Source of the DNA: Albugo candida
Lineage: Eukaryota
Assembly: GCA_040437565.1 (NCBI GenBank)
Contig: JBDOQK010000027.1
Location: forward strand, 62,001 to 126,000
DNA: 64,000 nucleotides
Direction of reading: 5' to 3'
The translations under genes were made by a program, and so were the position numbers. Every line of letters begins with the position of its first letter. Position 1 is the first letter of the stretch. This document shows, one piece after another, positions 51,900 through 63,036 of the stretch. The notes below the pieces were generated by a model, which had not been told where the DNA came from, did not search any database, and was given only the letters and a program-made list of their open reading frames with translations.

Positions 51900-52165
51900 T
51901 CAATGACGCTTGAAAATTGAGAGGACATTCGTTTGGAACAGCATGCGGTAGAGGAAGCGAACCAATGATTGGATAAAATTACGTCACTCGTTAGCAGTAA
52001 TGCATCAGTAATTCCTGTATAGTATTGTGTGGTTTCCATGGCACTGTGCATGTCATCTTGAAGATCATAGGACTGCATTTGACACAATTTGCTGCATTTA
52101 CTCCTTCAATAGCTGCCGAATAACCTGTATATTATCATAACCTATACAATATCATAGATTCGTAC

Positions 52166-52180
52166 ATTCTAGAATATTCC
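52166..52180. promoter_or_regulatory. Perfect three-pentamer heat-shock element upstream of Hsp110
   Basis: aTTCt-aGAAt-aTTCc about 200 bp upstream of the ATG. A second TTCTAGAA lies at 52261-52268. Confidence 0.75.
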
Positions 52181-52303
52181 ACTAATGGAATGATAGCCGC
52201 CATGAGATTCAGTCACGACCTTTTATGCGGTGGAAAAGTATATATTAAAAAACAAAGGTTTTCTAGAACCGTTCTTCTTTTCGTGGATGCGCTTCTAGTG
52301 GTG

Positions 52304-52330
52304 CAAAACAAAACAAAAACAAAACCAAAA
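52304..52330. repeat. Short imperfect (AAAAC)n tract
   Basis: caaaacaaaacaaaaacaaaaccaaaa in the Hsp110 5' region. Confidence 0.7.
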
Positions 52331-52382
52331 GTAGTTCTCTTTGCAAACTCTCCCTGACTTTTTTCAAAGCAAGAAGCTCAAA

Positions 52383-54973
52383 ATGTCTGTGATTGGAATC
52401 GATTTCGGTAACGTCGACTGCGTGATTGCGCAGGCAAAGCGAGGAGGAATTGACATCATTTTAAATGAAAACTCAAATCGCAAGAATCCGTACGTTAACA
52501 ACTCTGATTTCATGACCAAACAGTACTTAGATAGTTTTCTTCTCCTTCTTATAGAAATATGGTTTGTATCCAAGGAAAACAGCGATTTATCGGCGAGGCA
52601 GCCGTTAGTGTGGTACGCCTACTTCATATAGTGAATCACTGTCAAGTTCAGCCTCAATCAGGAAATATCCTTGTGTAGGCACGAATGCATTTTCGTAACA
52701 CGGCCACAGACATCAAACGTCTGATAGGTCGAAAATTTAAGCATCCAGAAGTCCAAGCGGAAATTGCCCAATTATCTTTCAGATGTGAAGAAATGGCCAA
52801 TGGCGACGTCGGAATTGTACTCAAATACAATGACGCAGATGTGACTTTTTCGTGCGAGCAAATCATCGCAATGATTCTCAACAAAATGCAAATCATTGCG
52901 ACTACCGCCAACGAAGGCGTAGCGCCAGCATTTTGCGTGGTTTCGTGTCCTGGATATTACACGGATCAGCAACGTCGCGCACTTTTGAACTCGTGCCAGA
53001 TTGCAGGGCTGAACTGCCTGCGCTTGATCAATGAGCACACTGCAGTTGCCTTGGCCTATGGTATCTACAAATCGGCTCGCAATATGTTCCACGCGTCAGA
53101 ACCGCAGTATGTCATGTTTGTCGATATTGGACACGCCAGTTACACGGTGGCGATTGTTGCGTTTGTGCTCGGAAAACTTCAGGTCAAGTCAGTTGCATTT
53201 GATCGGTTTTTGGGAGGCCGAGATTTCGATTATGCCATTGCAAAAGATGCAGCCAAGAATTTCCAAGAAAAACACAAGATTGATCCTTTGAAAGAACCAA
53301 AATCGCGTATGAAATTACTGTCAGCATGTGAAAAGTCAAAGAAAAATTTGAGTCCCCATGGAGTCGCGTCCACTTTTATGAATATCGAATGCCTGGCCGC
53401 GGAGTACGATTATAGCTCACAGATCACTCTTGACCATTTCGAAGAGCTAATTGCACCACTTTTGGACCGATTAGAAGCTCCTATCAACCAAGCGCTGAAC
53501 GATGCAGGCATCATAAAGTCTCAGCTATCGAATGTCGAAATTGTTGGTGGAGGAACCCGTGTGGCAAGTGTGAAACGCAGACTGGCAGATATTTTATCGC
53601 TGGACAACAGCGCTCAGAATTACGGACTGAGCACAACACTCAATGCCGACGAGTCTGTCGCACGTGGATGTGCCTTACAATGTGCTATTCTGTCACCTCT
53701 GTTCAAAGTGAAGGAGTTCAGCATTGCCGATCGGGTGTATTTCCCCGTGCGTGTGTCCTGGGAGACATCAGCGGATGTATCAGTCCCAATGGAAACTGGG
53801 GACGATAACGAGGACGGAGACCTTGGGAACGATGGGGCCAATTCAATTGTCATTTTCACACATGCAGACGAGTACCCGAAAACGAAACGGATCACTTTCA
53901 GACGCGATAATTCGTTCTCTATTGACGCGAAATATGATGAATCCGCTAAAGCTCTGTTACCTCCGGATTATGACTTGGCGATAGGCAAATTCACAGTCTC
54001 TGGGTTCCCAGAACTGGAAAAAGGCGGAGAAATCCCCAAGATACGGGTGAATATCCAGCACGATTTGAATGGTCTTGTTGGTATTGCATCATCTCAGCTC
54101 ATGCAAGAATTGAAAGAGGAGAAACCCGTTGAAGAACCGAAAGAAGCCCAAGAAAGTGACGAAAAGAAGGAAAAGAAAGAAGGCGAACAAGCAGAAGAAA
54201 AAGCTTCCGAACCGAAGAAAAAACGCTTCCGTAAAGTGGAACTCAAAATCGAGTCGGAAATCAAAGGATTGAATGTGGCCGAAGTCAACAAAGCAACCGA
54301 AACTGAGCTGGAAATGGCACATCAGGATCGTATCATTGAAGAAACTTGCAACAAACGGAACGAGTTAGAAAGCTTTGTATATGAAATGCGTAATCAGATC
54401 TCGGATCGTTTGCGTGACTTCATCACGGAAGAGGAGAAAGCAAAGCTGGAAAGCAGTTTGGCTGAAGCGGAAGAGTGGCTGTACACCGACGAAGGTTTCG
54501 ACAGCGTCAAGTCGGTCTATCAAACGAAACTTGATGCTCTTCGAAAGCTTTCGGCTCCCATCGAGTTTCGTGCAAATGAAAGCACCGAGCGAGCAAACGC
54601 CACTGCGGAAATTCAGAACATTCTTGAAGACTACAAGCGCATGTCGAACTCAACGGATGAGCAATACGCACATTGGAGCACGGACGAGCGCGAAAAGCTC
54701 CGAGGGACTTGCAAAGAGGCTGAATCTTGGTTGTTTGACTCGCTCGCAAAGCAGAATGAGTTGAATCAGACACAAACGCCTGTATTGACGTCCGCTGCAA
54801 TTCGATCCAAAACCGTTGCCGTCCGTGCAGCTGCGTTGCCAATAGTTACAAAACCAAAGCCGGAACCCGTGCGTGAAGACCCACAAGATAAGCAACCTGA
54901 CAAAGACGCTTCCGCCGAACCCAACAGCACAGAAACGAGCGAAGAAAAGAGCGGAAAAATGGATCTGGACTAA
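52383..54973 (+). CDS. Hsp110/HSPA4-type Hsp70-family chaperone (3 exons)
   Basis: MSVIGIDFGN..AKRGGIDIILNENSNRKNP, LRLINEHTAVALAYGIYK, TTLNADESVARGCALQCAILSP, acidic loop, and C-terminal MDLD. Confidence 0.96.
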
Positions 54974-55044
54974 GATTTTTCGTGCTTGGAAACGCGATTT
55001 TTCCACTTTATGCAGCGAAATACAAAAAAATCAATTTCTTTCGT

Positions 55045-57906
55045 TCAGATGTCTACTGCAAGCACATTTGTCCTCTTACAGCCTCGACGCAGCAATTCTT
55101 CCACCATGGAAACTCTCGGGACGGTTTGTTCTTCCTTACTTGCGATTGTCTTAACCTTGACTTGATGCTTCTCCAGTTCATCTTGTCCAATGATGATCAT
55201 GAATGGTATCGAATTCTCAAGCGCAAAATGCAATTGCTTTGTGAATTTTGGGTTGTCAATTTGCATGACTTGAGCTGCAATATTGGCACGCCACAATTCT
55301 TTACAAATCTCTAGTTTGATCGACATGTCACACGCAGAAGCAGAAGCAACAAGCACTTGTGTCGAGCTCTGAAACTTTTTTGATTCTTCGGGAATGGCTT
55401 TGCTTTGTACGATGCTGAATAAGCGTTCGATCCCAATGCTGATGCCAACACACGGGATCTGCTGTCCTGTAGCGGAGAACATGCCTACGAGCTGATCGTA
55501 TCGTCCACCTGCTGCGATACTTCCAACATGCTGATTCTCCGGATCAGTCAACACAAACTCGTAAATGAGACCCGTGTAGTAGTCCAATCCTCGCGCAAGA
55601 CTGAGATCAAACGAGATATGCTGCAAGACATCCATTGCTCGCAGATACCCAAACAAGATCTCAAGCTCTTCCAGCGTCTTGGAAGCCGCTTCATTGAGCT
55701 TAAACACTTGCATTTGCTTCAATTCTGCCAGCAATTCCAAAGGTTTGCCAACTTTGCACACAAAAGTCGATATTTTGTCGGCAACGTCGGGTGCTAATCC
55801 CTTCTCATCGACCATTTCTGCTCGAACAGTGTCCCACGATTCTTTGTCGAGTTTATCGATCGCACTGCAAATGGGACGGAATTTGGCGCTTGGAACTCCA
55901 CAGACTGCAAGTATTGCATCTAAAAAGACTCGATGACTGAGTTTGACTTTGAAGGATCCAATCCAAGTTTGAAATTGCTGCAGGACTTCGATACCAAGAG
56001 AAATCACTTCAGCATCCGGAAGCATGGTCGTGTAGAATCCTGCAATGTCGAAATCGCATTGAAAGAACTCTCGAAAGCGACCTCGTGCCATTTGAGGATT
56101 GTCTCGTCGGTACACGCGTGCGATTTGAAAGCGTTTGATGTTCCCAGGGCTATGCATTGCCATGAAGCGAGCAAATGGGACCGTCAGATCATACCTCAAC
56201 GCCAATAACTCGCCTCCTTGGTCGGCCAAGTCGTAGATGAGCTTGGAGTCTTCACCATATTTGCCCGTCAGCGTTTCTTTCAGTTCAAAAACCGGAGTTG
56301 CGATTTCTTGGCCTCCGTGAGCTTTGAAGACACTTTGGATTCTGTTGAATACTTTTTCACGAAGTTGCATTTGAAATGGTAAGAAATCCAATGTTCCTTT
56401 TGCGATTTTTGGTTTCCTTCGGGTTCCGCCGCTGGCGAGTTTCGCAATGAGAGCTTCTAAGACGATTTCCAGGCTGCTAGCGTGCCCCGCCCACACACAC
56501 GTATTCGCATTGTCTTTGAAGAATTGGTATAATGGAGCGGTTCCAGCACCAAGTCGGAGCCCTTCCTGCGTGCTTTTTTCCTTTTCTTTGACCTTTTCGA
56601 GCTTTTTACGTCGTTTCTCCATGATCTTTTCGCGTTGTTGGGCAGACATTGCAGCAAGTTTTTCATCTTCTTTGGATTGTGCCATCTCAGCTTTGGCAGC
56701 AGCTTGTTGTGTACGAAGGGCTTTCTCAGCCAGTCGAGCTTGCATTTTGGCTTCTTCTTGGGAGAAATACGATAAACAGAATTCAATCTCCGCTTTGAGA
56801 GCATTTTCTGCTTGATCGAGAAGGCTCAAGTCTTTGCAGGTTGATGCCTGCGCATTTTCTTCTAGAGGAGCTTCTTTCAGGCAATGAAGACGCTCCACGG
56901 AGCCTTCGAGTAGGGACCGGATGCCTTCGTTTACCATGGCCAAAATCATTCGGGAAGCGTATGGATGCATTCTACGCTTGGAAAAGGATGATGCGGCAGA
57001 GATTGGAGCATTCACTTCAGCCTCAACCGATTTGGATGCATTTTCTATCGCATCGTGAACGGGTCCATGCACTTGAGGTATACATTCCAAGCAGCTTTGA
57101 GATGTCGACTGGCCGTCTTCGACACTTGAGGAGTACGAGGAATGTTCAAGTAAGAGTCGTAAAGTGTTGGCAACTGTACGTGCTCCTCGACCGATTGTAT
57201 CTCCTTCGGCTGATTCCAGGCAAAATGCATTGACATCAACATGCAAAACTTCGCATGTCAAAGCTGCTGTTGCATCTGCGAGCGCTACTAGCGCCTTCAG
57301 GCTACCAACAAGCAGTGAGGTGGTCGCTAATAGCGTGATGGATCCCATCGATGCAAATATTGATCGCTCGTTCGGTTCTAGCGGTGAACAGGGACGGATC
57401 CGATCCGAGGTACTGATAACTTGTTCCAAGTGTTTGATTTCCGATCCATTCGCTGACGGTACAATCGCACCTCCACTTCCTTCCATGAACGCTAACAGCT
57501 GCGCTGATAAGTCTTTCGTCGTCGGGTCACTTGAGCCTGTTCTCTGTGTCATTGGCGGTAGGATATCGAGAAGGTACAGCTCCATCAGAAACTTTATGTG
57601 CGTAAATGCTGAAGGAGAGAGGCACACATTGGAATCCGTGTGCCATTTAATGAATTTATGGATATGTAACACGACAACTACGCGAATGAGCCTCTTATCC
57701 AAAAGATTGTCATACTGCTTATCAACCGATTCGACATCTTTCGTCGTGCGAGAAGGCAGTTCGTTAGGAAGTGATGGATTATGATCTCTATAGAGACTCT
57801 TGTCGATACAAATATTCGCTCGGGGTAATGAAATTCGACAGATATCCGCGAGAGAAAGCGGATTTGTGCCAAGCAAAATACGTCGATCAAAGACATTGAA
57901 CGCCAT
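55045..57906 (-). CDS. HARS: Histidyl-tRNA synthetase with an N-terminal histidine ammonia-lyase-like domain
   Basis: HisRS core (KIAKGTLDF, GKYGEDSKLIY, LRYDLTVPFAR, GRFREFFQCDFD, ARGLDYYTG, GGRYD) plus about 490 extra N-terminal residues with HAL-like motifs (ADATAALTCEVL..AF, ECIPQVHGPVHD). Confidence 0.95.
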   Translation of the reverse strand: MAFNVFDRRILLGTNPLSLADICRISLPRANICIDKSLYRDHNPSLPNELPSRTTKDVESVDKQYDNLLDKRLIRVVVVLHIHKFIKWHTDSNVCLSPSAFTHIKFLMELYLLDILPPMTQRTGSSDPTTKDLSAQLLAFMEGSGGAIVPSANGSEIKHLEQVISTSDRIRPCSPLEPNERSIFASMGSITLLATTSLLVGSLKALVALADATAALTCEVLHVDVNAFCLESAEGDTIGRGARTVANTLRLLLEHSSYSSSVEDGQSTSQSCLECIPQVHGPVHDAIENASKSVEAEVNAPISAASSFSKRRMHPYASRMILAMVNEGIRSLLEGSVERLHCLKEAPLEENAQASTCKDLSLLDQAENALKAEIEFCLSYFSQEEAKMQARLAEKALRTQQAAAKAEMAQSKEDEKLAAMSAQQREKIMEKRRKKLEKVKEKEKSTQEGLRLGAGTAPLYQFFKDNANTCVWAGHASSLEIVLEALIAKLASGGTRRKPKIAKGTLDFLPFQMQLREKVFNRIQSVFKAHGGQEIATPVFELKETLTGKYGEDSKLIYDLADQGGELLALRYDLTVPFARFMAMHSPGNIKRFQIARVYRRDNPQMARGRFREFFQCDFDIAGFYTTMLPDAEVISLGIEVLQQFQTWIGSFKVKLSHRVFLDAILAVCGVPSAKFRPICSAIDKLDKESWDTVRAEMVDEKGLAPDVADKISTFVCKVGKPLELLAELKQMQVFKLNEAASKTLEELEILFGYLRAMDVLQHISFDLSLARGLDYYTGLIYEFVLTDPENQHVGSIAAGGRYDQLVGMFSATGQQIPCVGISIGIERLFSIVQSKAIPEESKKFQSSTQVLVASASACDMSIKLEICKELWRANIAAQVMQIDNPKFTKQLHFALENSIPFMIIIGQDELEKHQVKVKTIASKEEQTVPRVSMVEELLRRGCKRTNVLAVDI

Positions 57907-57965
57907 TTATTTTACGCCTGAAGTGATGTAACATTATCCTAAATAATCGCTGACTTTGGGACGAC

Positions 57966-59515
57966 ATGAGGTCTGAAAATGTGCTGTATTTCGTCTCGTT
58001 TTTGGATCTGTTGGGTGTCTCTATGATCATCCCATCACTTGGATCCCATGTCAAGGCAATGGATGGAGGCATGTATCATATTTCTCTCCATTTACGTCAA
58101 GCTGAGTATCACCAGCAGGCTCGCTTCTCTTTGGTGTTATTATGTCGCTGTACGGTTTGGTGCAATTCATTTCAGCTCCAATTGCTGGAAGAATGAGCGA
58201 TGTATACGGAAGACGATGTGTGCTACTTTTCTGCATTGGCGGTGCTTCATTCGGATACCTCGTACTCGCAATGGCTCAATCCATCTCAATGCTGTTCATC
58301 TCTCGCTTGATCTCAGCAATCTCTAAGCATACGTTAGACCTTGTGAAGATCTCAATGCTGGATCACAAGAGATTTCGGAGCGCTCATAGAGATACAACAG
58401 CGTCATCAATTGGACGATTGAACGGGATGGCTAATTTGGGCTTTATCATCGGGCCATTGATCGGAGGATACATAAGCTCCTGGGAGCTATCGAATGGTTT
58501 TCAGCTCACTACGCTGATTACTGTTGCCATTTTTGGGCTCAATCTCGTTCTAGTTTACAGAATGTATGAAGATGTTCCATCATCTAAGATTGTAGATAGG
58601 CAGGCCGCCCAAATGTGTGATGCTGATGGTAAACTACAGCAAAGTATTTGGCATTACGTTGGGAATCAAATGCATGCTCGATATACGCACATTCGATCAT
58701 TTTTGAAGGATGTCGGACCTGCCAAATGGCTGCTGCTTGCACGACTTTTACTCGCAACGGCTGCTGTAATGTATCGAACACATTTTAGCAACTTGCTGGA
58801 AGATAAATACAGAAGAACGACACAAGTGAGAGGATTTCTGCTTAGCTATATGGGCGTTCTCGGTGCTTTTGGAAGTCATGCTGTTGCGGTCTTCACACAG
58901 AGGTACGGATCGTTCGTTTGATGGGGATTTTTCAACAGCTCACAGGTTGGGGCTTATAGAAAGGATTGTGAGTTGTTTCTTCTGCAGTTATTTTCTTGTG
59001 TCTATGCATTGAGCTTTTTGGCGCTATCTCTGGCAAAGTCACTTGAGGCTTTGTGTCTGTGGCTCATTCCTCAAGTTGTTTCATTGAGGTAAGAGCATGA
59101 CCGCATGTAATCGCATCCACGCTGACGTGTCAGACCTCCAGTATTCTACGAGCATGCACAATCTCTCTGCAAACAAAATATGTTGCGCAAAATCAGATTG
59201 GAGCATTTCTAGGGATATCCTCATCTCTGACGGTCAGATTTACACATTTTTGCGGGAAGCTACCACTAACACATTGTTTATATTCAGTCTATCGCACGTA
59301 CCATTGCACCCAGTAAGTGTCACTAAAGCTTGTGACAATTCTACCGCTTGGGCTAATGTTGCACAGTCTTGTCAGGATACACGTATGGAATCTCTGTCGA
59401 CGGTCCTGCAATTGGTTCTGCGCTTTTGGGTGCAGTCAGCATGACACTATTCTGCTCCTTCAGAGTCATTCAATCGTATTATCCTTTCGAGTCTCATCGA
59501 ATCAAACAACAATAA
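57966..59515 (+). CDS. Major facilitator superfamily transporter (MFSD9-like), multi-exon
   Basis: LDLLGVSMIIP, YGLVQFISAPIAGRMSDVYGRR (motif A), LGFIIGPLIGG. The last exon ends at TAA 59515. Confidence 0.9.
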
Positions 59516-59852
59516 AGTCGCTTTTGAATCACTCGAAGATTTTGCTACCAGTGATATATCCCCAAAGGTGACTGATTATATCCTTTTCATTGAATAGAAA
59601 ATACTTTTGTCAGGGAACGGTATGTGCAATCAGAAAGTACGATAGGAGCAGTAATGGTGCAATTCGCACCGAAATTCCTTCCGATTCCGTGGCAGATCGC
59701 TATACGTATTGAGATAGAGACTGCGATCGTCGTTCAAGCACCATAAGGAATCACGTGAGTGGCTGCCGACTGTCTATGATTCCAGATAAATAAATCGAAT
59801 AGCAAATGACTTGATTTAGTGTGAGCACTTTAACGGCATTAACGATTCCATA

Positions 59853-62800
59853 ATGTCAACTGCGAATGCTGCAAACAATTTATCTTTTGTTGCTTTCTGT
59901 CGAATATTGGATGTAGTTGAGAAAACACCTAAAGCAGATGATAAAATACGTCTTATCTTTACAGATTCCCTACGCCGACAAATCCTCGGGACCGATATGT
60001 ACCCATTTCTTCGCCTTTTACTACCACAGCTCGATCGCGAGCGCACATACAATTTAAAAGAGAAGAAAATAGCAAAAATCTACATACATTTATTAGGAAT
60101 GACAAACGCTTCACGAAGTCAGGACGCAGGCAGGCTTGAAAACTACAACGATCCCACAATAGTGCAAAGTAAAAGTGTCGGAGACTTTGCGTCTGTGCTT
60201 TACGAGGTGCTGGAGCTTCGAGCTCCCGTCCAACGCGGAGCCAATGCGCAGAAAACCCAGAGAACGCTTCACTATGTGAATGAGCTCTTGGATGAGCTCG
60301 CAAGTACCACTCAAGCAAATCTATATGGAGCAGAGGCGTCCGATGACGACGTCGATCCAGTACAAAAACACGAGGAATTGGATGGGCAAAATCTCGGTCT
60401 CACAGCTGTGCCAAACAAGAAACAAACGTCTACAAGCACGAATCAACGCACCATATTTATGAAAATTCTCATGACTTTCCCTCCAGCAGAGCAGAAATGG
60501 CTGACCCGTATCCTGCTGAAAGATCTGAAAATTGGATTACGTCACGAGCGTGTTCTAAAATACATCCATCCGGACGCAATGGAAATGTACAATCACACGA
60601 ACGATCTCCATCGCATTTGCTTGGAATTGCGTAACTCAAAGATTCGTTATGTACCCGTCATTGAGCCATTTCAAGTCTTTTCACCAATGTTGGCGAAACG
60701 AGTCGATTTTGGGAGTTGTATCCAGGCAATCGGGACAGATTCATTCGGAATGGAGCCAAAGTTGGACGGAGAGCGTGTGATATGCCATGTTCAGGGTGGA
60801 AAAGTGCAATTTATATCGAGGAATGGGATCAATTACACAGAATTATATGGACCCGGCATGTCCTCTTACATTTTGTCTCAACTTGCTGAGAATATCGATT
60901 GTATCTTGGATGGGGAAATGATGGTTTGGGATAACTTGCTGTACCGTTTTCGAGAGTTTGGACTGCTTAAGAATGTCGCCCACTCGGTCCGAGACAATAC
61001 GAGTCCGAATAGATGGCTCTGCTACGTCGTATGGGATCTTGTATATCTCGGTTCGTCCGATTCGGATCGTGGGAATGATTTGGTACAAGACGTAGTCCAA
61101 CAGGTGTTTCATGGCCCTGGTCAACCTCAGGCTGTTATGGGTCTTCCATTGTGTGTTCGACGGACCCTTCTTGAAAAGATACTTACACCCATGGACCATC
61201 GAGTGATCATCAATCCGCATATTGTCGTCAATGCGAAGACCGCACAAGAGCGTCATGATGTTGTAATGGCACAAGTGGACAAAGAGATAACAAATGGAGG
61301 AGAAGGAGTCATTCTCAAGGATCTGAATTCTCATTATATGTGCGGTGAGGCGAGTCGGGCAACACGTCGCTGGATCAAGCTGAAGCCTGATTACGCTGGA
61401 ATGACGACCAATCTGGACGTTCTCATTCTTGGTGGATATTACGGGACGGGAAGGCGACGAAGTGGTGATGTCTCAGTCTTCCTTGTTGGGGTTTTGCCTC
61501 AATCTTTGGAGGAAGATATGATATCGAAAGCATCGACATTGGAGACACTTCCTCCATTCTACACATTTGCCAAGGTAGGTACAGGTTATAATCTAGACGA
61601 ACTGACACAAATGCGACGTGAATTGGAGCCGTATTGGCAGCCTTGGGTCTCTGAAAACATTCCACCGCATTTCAGCGGCTGGCAGGCGACGAAAAGTGAC
61701 GTGAGACCCGATGTATGGATCGATCCTCGACATTCCAAAGTGCTTGAAGTCTACGGCTTTGAGCTGACATATACGACAGCATACAAAACAAGACTCACAC
61801 TTCGATTTCCACGATGTCACGCGATACGAAACGATAAGAATTGGTATGAATGCAGCACGCTGCAAGATCTGAGTGCCGCACAAGAGGGTTTGTCCAAGAG
61901 GAAGGCAACGGATATCGTGCTCGGACAACAAGCTAAAAAGCGAGCAACTCCGTCGAAACGAACAATTCAGGACAAGTCTGTCGCTCCAGAATACACACAA
62001 GCAAGACTGGAAGATGTATCGACACGATCCAATATCCTTCGAGATTACGAGTTTTGCGTTTTGCCAGGGAGGTACCCAACCGAGGATTCCGCATTGACTC
62101 GAGACGCTATCATGGCTGCTCTATCAAGCTCCATGAAGAATAAGCTCCTTACCGACTCGGATGTCTCAATGGACTTGACAAAACAACAAGTCGAGCAAAT
62201 CATTCACTGTTCTGGCGGCAAACTGGTACAAAATCCTGTGGAAAACTCCACGACGTTTGTGGTGGCACCAAACGCAAAGGGATTAAAATTCGAAAATCTC
62301 AAACGTCAAGGGCATTTTGATATTCTCAAGTTGCGATACATCCTTGGATGCATTGCTGTCGATACAATCCTGCCCCTGGGAGCTCGAGATTTTCTATTCG
62401 CTACTGAGAGCACCCAAAAAGCATTGGCCAAGAGCTTTGATCGATTCGGAGATCACTACACAGCGCCCATTTCTGTCGACGAATTACGGAACTTGTTGAA
62501 AGATATCGAACTCACTCGGAACGTCACAACTGAAACGGAATGCTGGCAAAAACGGATGAAAACAGAGCTCTCCGCTGAGGAGCAACAGGTCATGGAATAC
62601 GAATATTCCATTCTTTCCCATTGCGTCGTCTATGTCGATCGCTTCGATAATGTCGGAGATGACACACCGTCTTCGCAGTTGGATGAGTGCGGTTCGCTTG
62701 GGCTAGCAGCCCAGCAGCTTCAGCTATATGGGGCTCTTGTCACAAGGAATATCGATACCTCGGTGACGCATATTGTGGTCGATCGATCAAACTCACAACA

Positions 62801-62945
62801 GCGGGTAGCAAAATTGCGGCCGATCATACAAACGATTCGTCGAGCATGTGTACCTGAGCCTCCGGTGGTCACAATCGATTGGGTGCAAGCTTGCATACAC
62901 GATGGAATACAACTCCCTGTCAACTCGTACCAACTCTGCGTTTGA
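59853..62945 (+). CDS. LIG4: DNA ligase IV
   Basis: RLLLPQLDRERTYNLKEKKIA, adenylation motif EPKLDGER, ILDGEMMVWD, EGVILKD, WIKLKPDY, TLRFPR, and two C-terminal BRCT domains. Confidence 0.96.
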   Translation: MSTANAANNLSFVAFCRILDVVEKTPKADDKIRLIFTDSLRRQILGTDMYPFLRLLLPQLDRERTYNLKEKKIAKIYIHLLGMTNASRSQDAGRLENYNDPTIVQSKSVGDFASVLYEVLELRAPVQRGANAQKTQRTLHYVNELLDELASTTQANLYGAEASDDDVDPVQKHEELDGQNLGLTAVPNKKQTSTSTNQRTIFMKILMTFPPAEQKWLTRILLKDLKIGLRHERVLKYIHPDAMEMYNHTNDLHRICLELRNSKIRYVPVIEPFQVFSPMLAKRVDFGSCIQAIGTDSFGMEPKLDGERVICHVQGGKVQFISRNGINYTELYGPGMSSYILSQLAENIDCILDGEMMVWDNLLYRFREFGLLKNVAHSVRDNTSPNRWLCYVVWDLVYLGSSDSDRGNDLVQDVVQQVFHGPGQPQAVMGLPLCVRRTLLEKILTPMDHRVIINPHIVVNAKTAQERHDVVMAQVDKEITNGGEGVILKDLNSHYMCGEASRATRRWIKLKPDYAGMTTNLDVLILGGYYGTGRRRSGDVSVFLVGVLPQSLEEDMISKASTLETLPPFYTFAKVGTGYNLDELTQMRRELEPYWQPWVSENIPPHFSGWQATKSDVRPDVWIDPRHSKVLEVYGFELTYTTAYKTRLTLRFPRCHAIRNDKNWYECSTLQDLSAAQEGLSKRKATDIVLGQQAKKRATPSKRTIQDKSVAPEYTQARLEDVSTRSNILRDYEFCVLPGRYPTEDSALTRDAIMAALSSSMKNKLLTDSDVSMDLTKQQVEQIIHCSGGKLVQNPVENSTTFVVAPNAKGLKFENLKRQGHFDILKLRYILGCIAVDTILPLGARDFLFATESTQKALAKSFDRFGDHYTAPISVDELRNLLKDIELTRNVTTETECWQKRMKTELSAEEQQVMEYEYSILSHCVVYVDRFDNVGDDTPSSQLDECGSLGLAAQQLQLYGALVTRNIDTSVTHIVVDRSNSQQRVAKLRPIIQTIRRACVPEPPVVTIDWVQACIHDGIQLPVNSYQLCV

Positions 62946-63036
62946 TAAAGGACCCAAAGATGAACAACGTTCAAGCAAAACTCTGCCTATTGATCGACAA
63001 ATAAACAGTGGACATCGACTTTGATGCATTTGTTGT

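Noticed and set aside
50255..57784. Long antisense ORFs (e.g. 50255-50914, 57164-57784)
   Set aside because: These are shadows of real genes on the opposite strand, with no independent motifs.
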